From positions 3,030,001-3,062,000 of the forward strand of contig NC_008340.1 of assembly GCF_000014785.1 (NCBI RefSeq): 32,000 nt of DNA, written 5' to 3'. The notes beneath the pieces are model-generated. The model was not told the origin of the DNA. It saw only the letters and a list, made by a program, of their open reading frames with translations, and made no database searches. Origin of the DNA: Alkalilimnicola ehrlichii MLHE-1 (GTDB lineage: Bacteria > Pseudomonadota > Gammaproteobacteria > Nitrococcales > Halorhodospiraceae). Numbering within the stretch: position 1 is the first letter of the stretch; each line of letters starts with the position of its first letter. This document shows, in pieces, positions 24,897 to 32,000 of this stretch. The position numbers and the translations under genes are program-made.

Positions 24897-26996
24897 ATGG
24901 GCAACATCATCAAATGGTTACTGATCGGACTGGGCGGTCTGCTCGGCCTGATTGTCATTGCCCTAGTGGCGGTGTTGCTGCTGGTGGACCCCAACGACTA
25001 CCGCGACCGCATCGAGGCCGCCGTGGAGCAGGAGACCGGCCGCAGCCTCACCATCGAGGGGGACCTCTCGCTCAGCATCTTCCCCTGGCTGGCCCTGGAA
25101 CTGGGCCGCACCACCCTGGCCGACGCCGAGGGCTTTCATGACGCCCCCTTTCTCGAGGTGGACCAGGTCGATGTGGGGGTGCAGCTGGTGCCACTGCTGC
25201 TGCGCCGGGAGCTGGTCACCCGCACGGTGGTGCTCGATGGCCTGACGGTCCGGCTGATGGTGGATGAACAGGGCCGCGGCAACTGGGAGGACCTGCTGCC
25301 AGAGGAGGCGGACCCCGAGCCGGCACCCATGCCCGACGAACCACGGGCGCCCCGCGATCTGGGTGAGACCCTGGCCAACGTCGGCGGCCTGGACATCCGT
25401 AACGCGCGGCTGAGCTGGGAGGACCGGCAGAGCGCCCTGCGGCTGCAGGTGGATCCGTTCAACCTGGATCTGGACGCCGTGCGCATCGACGACCCCATGC
25501 AACTGCAAATGGACTGGGTGCTGACCGGGGATGACCTGCCCCGGGTGGCCGGCGAACTGAGCAGTGCCATTACCGTCGACGGCACCCTCAGCCACCTGGC
25601 GCTGGACGGCCTGCGTCTGGAGGTCACCGCCAGCGGCGACGACCTGCCCGCGGACGGCATCGCCGCCAGCCTCCGGGGCAATCCCCGGGTCGACCTGGAC
25701 GCGCAGGCCCTGGACTGGCCCGACCTGGTGCTGGAAACCCTCGGGCTGCGCGCGGAGCTGGCCCTTCAGGGACGCCAGACCGACACCGGCCCGGAGGCCG
25801 AGGGCCGGCTGCAGGTGGCAACGTTCAACCTGCGCGAGCTGATAGCGCGCCTGGAGCTGGACGCGCCCGACACCGCCGATCCCGATGTGCTCACCCGGGT
25901 GGGCCTGTCGGGCGACCTGCGCTGGGCGGACGAGGTCCTGCACCTCACCGGCCTGGACTGGCGACTGGATGACACCACCCTGAACGGCGAGATCAGCATG
26001 CACGACTTCGCCGGGCCCGGGGCCCGGTTCGACCTGGCGGTGGACGAGATCGATCTGGATCGCTACCTCCCGGAACCGGCGGAGACCGCCAACGGCCCGG
26101 GCGAACCGGGCCCGGCCGGTGCCGGGGAGATCGAACTGCCGCTGGAACTGCTGCGCGGCCTGGACCTGGCCGGCGATTTCCGCGTGGGACGCCTCAAGGT
26201 GGCCGGCCTGCGGATGAGCGACATCCACGCCCGGCTGCACACCGACAACGGCCTGATCCGGCTCGACCCCACCAGCGCAGCCCTCTACGACGGGCGCTAT
26301 GAGGGCCGGCTGCAGTTGGACGCCCGCCCGGACATCCCGCAGTACGCCGTGCGGGCCCAGCTCGAGGGCATCGACTTTGACCCGCTGATCACCGATCTCA
26401 CCGGCGATGAGAGCCTGCTCCTGGGCCGTGGCAACCTGGTGCTGGACGTCACCACCCGGGGTAACAACATGGACGCCCTGACCGCCACGCTCAACGGCAA
26501 CGGCCGCTTCCGGGTCACCGACGGGGCCATCCGCGGCATCAACCTCGCCAAGACCCTGCGCGACGCCCAGGACCGGCTGCGCGGGCGCAGCCCGGAGGAC
26601 ACAGACGAGCCCCGCCGGACCGACTTCAGTGAGCTGACCGGCAGCTTCGTCATCAACAACGGCGTGGTCCGCAACGACGATCTCAGCGCCCAGTCCCCCC
26701 TGCTGCGGGTCACCGGCAACGGCCAGGCCAACCTGCCGGACGAGACCATCGACTACCGCCTGCGCACCAGCGTGGTGGGCACGCTCAAGGGCCAGGACGG
26801 CCAGCCGCGCGAGGAACTGCGCGGGCTCACCATCCCGCTGCGGTTCCGCGGCGACCTCTACGACCCCAGCATCAGCGTGGACATCGCCGAGGCCCTGCGC
26901 GGCGAACAACTGGAGCGTATCGAACGGGAGGTGGAGCGCGGCCGGGAGCGGTTGCGTGAGGACGTGGAGGACCGCCTGCGGGGGCTGTTCGATTGA
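24897..26996 (+). CDS. asmA: AsmA-family outer-membrane biogenesis protein, 699 aa
   Basis: N-terminal anchor KWLLIGLGGLLGLIVIALVAVLLLVDPNDYRDRIEAAVEQETGRSLTIEGDLSLSIFPWLALELG is the classic AsmA N-terminal block. The C-terminal AsmA_2-like region has FRVTDGAIRGINL. GGAGGG lies upstream of the ATG. Confidence 0.88.
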   Translation: MGNIIKWLLIGLGGLLGLIVIALVAVLLLVDPNDYRDRIEAAVEQETGRSLTIEGDLSLSIFPWLALELGRTTLADAEGFHDAPFLEVDQVDVGVQLVPLLLRRELVTRTVVLDGLTVRLMVDEQGRGNWEDLLPEEADPEPAPMPDEPRAPRDLGETLANVGGLDIRNARLSWEDRQSALRLQVDPFNLDLDAVRIDDPMQLQMDWVLTGDDLPRVAGELSSAITVDGTLSHLALDGLRLEVTASGDDLPADGIAASLRGNPRVDLDAQALDWPDLVLETLGLRAELALQGRQTDTGPEAEGRLQVATFNLRELIARLELDAPDTADPDVLTRVGLSGDLRWADEVLHLTGLDWRLDDTTLNGEISMHDFAGPGARFDLAVDEIDLDRYLPEPAETANGPGEPGPAGAGEIELPLELLRGLDLAGDFRVGRLKVAGLRMSDIHARLHTDNGLIRLDPTSAALYDGRYEGRLQLDARPDIPQYAVRAQLEGIDFDPLITDLTGDESLLLGRGNLVLDVTTRGNNMDALTATLNGNGRFRVTDGAIRGINLAKTLRDAQDRLRGRSPEDTDEPRRTDFSELTGSFVINNGVVRNDDLSAQSPLLRVTGNGQANLPDETIDYRLRTSVVGTLKGQDGQPREELRGLTIPLRFRGDLYDPSISVDIAEALRGEQLERIEREVERGRERLREDVEDRLRGLFD

Positions 26997-28081
26997 TGGC
27001 GGACCGCCCCGGCGCACCGGGCACTGAGGAGGAGGCGGTCAATCGGACCCGGGCGGCGATCCTGGCCTGGTTCGACCGCCACGGCCGCCACGACCTGCCC
27101 TGGCAGCATCCGGCCACCCCCTACCGGGTGTGGGTCTCGGAGGTGATGCTGCAACAGACCCAGGTGGCCACCGTGGTGCCCTACTTCCACCGTTTCATGC
27201 GCCGATTCCCCAGCCCGCGTGCGCTGGCGGACGCACCACAGGAGGAGGTGCTGGCGCTCTGGGCCGGGCTGGGTTACTACGCCCGCGCCCGCAACCTGCA
27301 CCGGGCCGCGCAACACATCCGCGATCAATACGGCGGGGAACTGCCCGCAGACCTGGACGCCCTGGAGGCCCTCCCCGGCATCGGCCGCTCCACCGCCGGC
27401 GCCATCCACTCCCTCGGCCAGGGGCGCCGGGCGGTCATCCTGGATGGCAACGTCAAGCGGGTGCTGGCCCGCTGGCATGCGGTGGACGGCTGGCCCGGCC
27501 GGACCGCCGTCGCCCGCCGGCTGTGGGCGCTCGCCGAGCACTACACCCCGGCCCACCGCTGCGCCGACTACAACCAGGCCATGATGGACCTGGGCGCTAC
27601 CGTCTGCACCCGGCGCACCCCCCGCTGCCATGAGTGCCCACTGCAGGCCCGATGCGCCGGCCACGCCAGCGGCCGGCCGGAGGCCTGGCCCACCCCGAAA
27701 CCCAAGCGCCGGCGCCCGCTGCGCCAGACCCGCATGCTCATTCTCCAGCACGGCGACCGGGTGCTGCTGCAGCGCCGCCCCCCGAGCGGCGTCTGGGGCG
27801 GCCTCTGGAGCTTGCCCGAGGCGGCCGTGGACGCCGACCCGAAGAGCGCGGCGGCCGCGCTCGGCCTCAAGGTCGACCAGGCCGGCCACTGGCCGCCCCT
27901 GCGCCACGCCTTCAGCCACTTTGAACTGGACATCCACCCGATTCACCTGCGGGTTTCCGGGGCGGGCCAAGCGGTGAAGGAGAGTGATACACTTTGGCAA
28001 TCCATTCATGACACCGGCGCCCGGGCGGTGGCCGCCCCGGTGGCCCGGTTACTGGAACGACTCAGGGAGTACACACCATGA
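26996..28081 (+). CDS. mutY: A/G-specific adenine DNA glycosylase
   Basis: [43 protein letters not shown], the 4Fe-4S Cys cluster [17 protein letters not shown], and a C-terminal NUDIX-like domain. ATG 26996 shares one base with the asmA TGA. The track uses TTG 26993. Confidence 0.92.
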   Translation: MADRPGAPGTEEEAVNRTRAAILAWFDRHGRHDLPWQHPATPYRVWVSEVMLQQTQVATVVPYFHRFMRRFPSPRALADAPQEEVLALWAGLGYYARARNLHRAAQHIRDQYGGELPADLDALEALPGIGRSTAGAIHSLGQGRRAVILDGNVKRVLARWHAVDGWPGRTAVARRLWALAEHYTPAHRCADYNQAMMDLGATVCTRRTPRCHECPLQARCAGHASGRPEAWPTPKPKRRRPLRQTRMLILQHGDRVLLQRRPPSGVWGGLWSLPEAAVDADPKSAAAALGLKVDQAGHWPPLRHAFSHFELDIHPIHLRVSGAGQAVKESDTLWQSIHDTGARAVAAPVARLLERLREYTP

Positions 28082-28344
28082 CGCGGATGGTGCAATGCGT
28101 GCGACTGGGCAGGGAGGCCGAGGGCCTGCCCCGCCCCCCCTACCCCGGCGAGCTGGGCAAGCGCATCTACGAAAACGTCTCCAAGGAGGCCTGGCAGGAG
28201 TGGCTCCGCCACCAGACCATGCTCATCAACGAGTACCGCCTCACCCCCGTGGAGCCGCGCGCCCGCCAGTTCCTGGAGAAGGAGATGGAGAACTTCTTCT
28301 TCGGTGACGGCTCCTCCGCACCGCCGGACTACCAGCCCGAGTGA
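28078..28344 (+). CDS. yggX: Oxidative-damage protection / Fe(II)-trafficking protein YggX
   Basis: [52 protein letters not shown] is highly YggX-like. It overlaps the mutY stop by ATGA. The mutY-yggX synteny is as in E. coli. Confidence 0.93.
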   Translation: MTRMVQCVRLGREAEGLPRPPYPGELGKRIYENVSKEAWQEWLRHQTMLINEYRLTPVEPRARQFLEKEMENFFFGDGSSAPPDYQPE

Positions 28345-28395
28345 CCCGTCGACCCTTGACGGCCGGAGCCATATCAGGTTTAATCACCGCCCGTT

Positions 28396-28471
28396 GGCCA
28401 GGTAGCTCAGTCGGTAGAGCAGGGGATTGAAAATCCCCGTGTCGGGAGTTCGATTCTCTCCCTGGCCACCA
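28396..28471 (+). tRNA. tRNA-Phe (anticodon GAA), 76 nt with encoded CCA
   Basis: GGCCAGG-TA-GCTC-AGTCGGTA-GAGC-A-GGGGA-TTGAAAA-TCCCC-GTGTC-GGGAG-TTCGATT-CTCTC-CCTGGCC-A-CCA. Very similar to E. coli pheV. Confidence 0.96.
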
Positions 28472-28478
28472 TCTTCGG

Positions 28479-28508
28479 AAGGCCGAGCCGGTGCGCTCGG
28501 CCTTTTTC
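28479..28508 (+). terminator. Rho-independent terminator after tRNA-Phe
   Basis: AAGGCCGAGC (28479-28488) / GCTCGGCCTT (28495-28504) with a 6-nt loop, running into TTTTT. Confidence 0.75.
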
Positions 28509-28563
28509 GTTCCCAGGCACCCTCCCCGGGCGCCGTCTCGCGCCCTGGCCTAAGCTGTTGCCC

Positions 28564-29280
28564 ATGTCCGAGACTGCCGACACCAATCAGACCGCCGTCG
28601 TCCTCTTCTCCGGCGGGCAGGACTCCACCACCTGTCTGGCCTGGGCGCTGGCCCGTTACCACCGGGTCCACACCGTGGCCTTCGACTACGGCCAGCGCCA
28701 CCGGGTGGAGCTGGCGTGCCGACAGCGGGTGCGCGAGGCCATCGGCCAGCACTTCGCCGGCTGGGGTGCGCGGCTGGGCGAGGACCACCTGCTGGACCTG
28801 ACCAGCCTGGGTGAGATCAGTGACACCAGCCTGACCCGCGAGCGCGCCATCGAGATCCGCGACAGCGGCCTGCCGGACACCTTCGTGCCCGGGCGCAACC
28901 TGTTGTTCCTCACCTACGCGGCGGCGCTGGCCTGGCGGCTGCAGGCCCGGCACCTAATCACCGGCGTCTGCGAGACCGACTACTCCGGCTATCCGGACTG
29001 CCGTGACGACACCATCAAGGCCCTGCAGGTGGCCCTGAACCTGGGCATGGACAGCCACTTCGTGCTGCACACGCCGCTGATGTGGCGGGACAAGGCCCAG
29101 ACCTGGGCGCTGGCCGAGACCCTCGGCGGAGCCGACCTGGTAGAGCTCATTGCCGAGCACACCCACACCTGCTACCTGGGCGATCGGACACAGCGTCACG
29201 ATTGGGGTTACGGCTGTGGCGAATGCCCGGCCTGCCGGCTGCGCGCCCAGGGTTGGCGCCGCCACCGCGGCCTTTGCTAG
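28564..29280 (+). CDS. queC: 7-cyano-7-deazaguanine synthase
   Basis: [16 protein letters not shown]-loop, [10 protein letters not shown], and the Zn-binding C-terminus HTCY..CGECPAC. ATG 28564 is two codons inside the track ORF. Confidence 0.93.
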   Translation: MSETADTNQTAVVLFSGGQDSTTCLAWALARYHRVHTVAFDYGQRHRVELACRQRVREAIGQHFAGWGARLGEDHLLDLTSLGEISDTSLTRERAIEIRDSGLPDTFVPGRNLLFLTYAAALAWRLQARHLITGVCETDYSGYPDCRDDTIKALQVALNLGMDSHFVLHTPLMWRDKAQTWALAETLGGADLVELIAEHTHTCYLGDRTQRHDWGYGCGECPACRLRAQGWRRHRGLC

Positions 29281-29337
29281 ACGCGGGTCCGGCAGGGAAC
29301 ATGGCGTTCCGGGCGCGCCGGACTATAAACTGCTGGC

Positions 29338-32000
29338 ATGGCAACCACAGACCGCATCCCCGACGACGCCCTCACCGCCCTGCCCGATCCGTTGGCCGAG
29401 GCCGTGCGCGAGGCACTGGCCGACTGGCCCGCCGACGAGGCCCTGCCCGATGACCCGGAGGTCCTTCGGACCCTGCCCCGCGCCTGGGCCTGCAGCGAGT
29501 TCATAACGCGCAGTTGTCAGCGCTGTCCGCAGCGCCTGCGCGACTTGGCGGAGAGCGGTGACCTCACCCGCCGCTATGCCGCCGACGAACTCCGGGATAA
29601 CCTCGCGACCGCCCTCTCGGAGGTCCGCGACGAACCGGGCCTGCACCTGGCCCTGCGCCGGTTTCGCAACCGGGAGATACTGCGTATCGCCTGGCGCGAT
29701 CTGGTGGGCTGGGCCGATCTGGAGGAAACCCTGCGTGACCTCTCCGAACTGGCCGAGGCCTGCATCGACCTGCCGCTGGACATCCTCTACCACTGGCTGT
29801 GCGAGCGCATGGGCACCCCCCGCGACGGTGACGGCAACCAGCAACGGATGGTGGTGCTGGGCATGGGCAAACTGGGCGGCCAGGAGCTGAATTTCTCCTC
29901 CGACATCGACCTGATCTTCTGCTTTCCGGAGTCCGGCGAGACGGACGGGCGCCGGCCCCGCGACAACCAGGAGTTCTTCATCCGCCTGGGCCGCCAACTG
30001 ATCACCGCACTGGACAAACACACCCCCGACGGCCAGGTCTTCCGGGTCGACATGCGCCTGCGCCCCAACGGCGACAGCGGCCCGCTGGCGCTCTCCTTCG
30101 CCGCCATGGAGCACTACTACCAGCACCAAGGCCGGGAGTGGGAGCGCTACGCCATGATCAAGGCCCGGGTGGTGGGCGGCGACTATCAGGCCGGCGAGGC
30201 ACTGCTGGCCGATTTGCGCCCCTTCGTCTACCGGCGCTACCTCGACTTCGGCGCCCTGGAGGAACTGCGGGGCATGAAGGCCAAGGTCATGGCCCAGGTC
30301 CGGCTCAAAGGCATGGAGGACAACCTCAAGCTTGGCCCCGGGGGTATCCGCGAGGTGGAGTTTATCGGCCAGGCATTCCAACTGATCCGCGGCGGACGTG
30401 ATCGCCGGCTGCAGGAGCGCCGCATCCTGCATGTGCTGGACTACCTGCGGGAGATTCATCTGCTACCGGACTACGTGGTCAGCGAGCTGACCGAGGGCTA
30501 TCGGTTTCTGCGCGAGGCGGAGAACCGGCTGCAGGCCATCGGCGACCGCCAGACCCACGAGATCCCGGACAATCCCCTGGACCGCCAGCGCCTGGCACTG
30601 GCCATGGGCTTCGACGACTGGGCCGCCTTCCAGTCCCGGCTCGACCGGGTGCAGCACCAGGTGCACGGCCATTTCGAGCAGGTGTTCGCCGCCCCACAGG
30701 CGGAGAGCGATGAGGGCAGTGAACCCAGTGCGCTGGACGTCCTGTGGCTGGGGGAACTGGAGCCGGAAACGGTCCGCGGGCAGTTGGGCGAACTCGGCTT
30801 CGACGACGCCCAGGCGGTGGAGCGGCGCCTGCGCACCCTGCGCGAGAGCAGCGTGGCCCGCGCCCTGTCCCGCCAGGGCCGGCACCGGCTGGACCGGCTC
30901 ATCCCGCTGTTGATTGGCGCCGCCTGCAATGCCGATCAGCCCGATCTTGCCCTGATCCGCAGTCTCGACCTGGTGGAGACCATCGCCCGGCGCACCGCCT
31001 ACCTGTCGCTCCTGGTCGAGCACCCCATGGCGCTGTCACAGCTTATCCAGTTGTGCGACGGCAGCGCCTGGATCGCTCGCTACCTGGCCCACCACCCCCT
31101 GCTGCTGGACGAGCTGCTGGACCCGCGCAGCCTCTACAAGCCGCTGGGCCGGGAGGCCCTGGCCGAGGAACTGCGGGAGTGGCTGCGCCCCATCGAAGAG
31201 CACGACCTGGAAGAGCAGATGGAGGCCTTGCGGCTGTTCAAGCAGACCAACACCCTGCGGGTGGCCGCGGCCGACATCAGCGGCGCCGTGCCGGTCATGG
31301 TGGTCAGTGACTACCTTACCGGCATCGCCGAGGTGGTGCTGGAGGAGGCGGTGGGCGTGGTCTACCGCCATCTGGTGGCCCGCCATGGCCGCCCCCTCTG
31401 CCGGATGGACGGGGAGACGGTGGAGGCCGGCTTTGCCGTCATCGCCTACGGCAAGCTGGGGAGCATCGAACTGGGCTACGGCTCCGACCTGGACCTGGTC
31501 TTCATCCACGACACCCGCGGTGAGGCGCAACAGACCGATGGCCCCCGCCCGCTGGACAACCCGGTCTTTTTCGCCCGCCTCACCCAGCGGCTGATCCATG
31601 TGCTCAATACCCAGACACCCGGCGGCGTGCTCTACGAGGTGGACACCCGCCTGCGCCCCAGCGGCAAGGCCGGCCTGCTGGCCACCAGTCTGGAGGCCTT
31701 CGCCCGCTATCAGCGTGAGGAGGCCTGGACCTGGGAGCACCAGGCGTTGGTCCGCGCCCGGGCGGTGGCCGGGTGCCAGGCACTCTGTCGCGCCTTTGAG
31801 ACGCTGCGCGAGGAGTTGCTCTGCCAGCCGCGCGCGCCGGAGCCGCTGCGCGAAGAGGTCCGCAACATGCGCGAGCGCATGCGGGACGAGAAGGCCAGTC
31901 GCGACCCGGGGCTTTTCGACATCAAACAGGACCGGGGCGGTATCACCGACATCGAGTTCATGGTTCAATATGCGGTTCTGGCAGCCGCCCACGAACACCC
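29338..32000 (+). CDS. glnE: Bifunctional glutamine synthetase adenylyltransferase/adenylyl-removing enzyme, N-terminal ~887 codons (3' end outside window)
   Basis: Not in the ORF track because there is no in-window stop. Frame 1 is open from ATG 29338 (in-frame TAA at 29326) to base 32000. There are two nucleotidyltransferase signatures, GMGKLGGQELNFSSDIDLIFCF and AYGKLGSIELGYGSDLDLVFIHD, plus MRLRPNG / TRLRPSG. Confidence 0.92.
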   Translation, partial: MATTDRIPDDALTALPDPLAEAVREALADWPADEALPDDPEVLRTLPRAWACSEFITRSCQRCPQRLRDLAESGDLTRRYAADELRDNLATALSEVRDEPGLHLALRRFRNREILRIAWRDLVGWADLEETLRDLSELAEACIDLPLDILYHWLCERMGTPRDGDGNQQRMVVLGMGKLGGQELNFSSDIDLIFCFPESGETDGRRPRDNQEFFIRLGRQLITALDKHTPDGQVFRVDMRLRPNGDSGPLALSFAAMEHYYQHQGREWERYAMIKARVVGGDYQAGEALLADLRPFVYRRYLDFGALEELRGMKAKVMAQVRLKGMEDNLKLGPGGIREVEFIGQAFQLIRGGRDRRLQERRILHVLDYLREIHLLPDYVVSELTEGYRFLREAENRLQAIGDRQTHEIPDNPLDRQRLALAMGFDDWAAFQSRLDRVQHQVHGHFEQVFAAPQAESDEGSEPSALDVLWLGELEPETVRGQLGELGFDDAQAVERRLRTLRESSVARALSRQGRHRLDRLIPLLIGAACNADQPDLALIRSLDLVETIARRTAYLSLLVEHPMALSQLIQLCDGSAWIARYLAHHPLLLDELLDPRSLYKPLGREALAEELREWLRPIEEHDLEEQMEALRLFKQTNTLRVAAADISGAVPVMVVSDYLTGIAEVVLEEAVGVVYRHLVARHGRPLCRMDGETVEAGFAVIAYGKLGSIELGYGSDLDLVFIHDTRGEAQQTDGPRPLDNPVFFARLTQRLIHVLNTQTPGGVLYEVDTRLRPSGKAGLLATSLEAFARYQREEAWTWEHQALVRARAVAGCQALCRAFETLREELLCQPRAPEPLREEVRNMRERMRDEKASRDPGLFDIKQDRGGITDIEFMVQYAVLAAAHEH

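Overview
High-GC chromosomal segment that reads like core genome of a gammaproteobacterium (possibly Chromatiales/Ectothiorhodospiraceae-like; this cannot be verified here). I call 23 protein-coding genes, two of them cut by the window edges. I also call one internally deleted pseudogene, tRNA-Arg(CCG), tRNA-Phe(GAA), several hairpin terminators and one repeat-filled intergenic spacer. Housekeeping content: EAL fragment, cspA-like, nucleotide-sugar epimerase, ampG, M42 peptidase, aceA, moaB, squalene-synthase-like, fructosamine kinase, a methyltransferase, Host_attach protein, asmA, mutY-yggX, queC and glnE. Signalling content: a PhnD-like periplasmic binding protein whose stop overlaps the start of a Cache/PAS/PAS/GGDEF/EAL membrane enzyme. 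The only block that looks accessory, and the best candidate for something undescribed, is 14.4-20.8 kb. It holds a LuxR-type HTH regulator followed by two tandem paralogous lipoproteins, each an N-terminal beta-sandwich-like module plus 14 RCC1-type blades (two 7-blade propellers). The paralogs have near-identical leaders and N-termini but diverged propellers. I found no CRISPR array, transposase, integrase, phage gene or recognisable defence/toxin gene. ORF-track caveats: the track omits glnE (29338 to window end) because it has no stop inside the window. Many long ORFs in the track are antisense or out-of-frame artefacts of high GC content. All family assignments come from motif recognition by eye; no searches were run.
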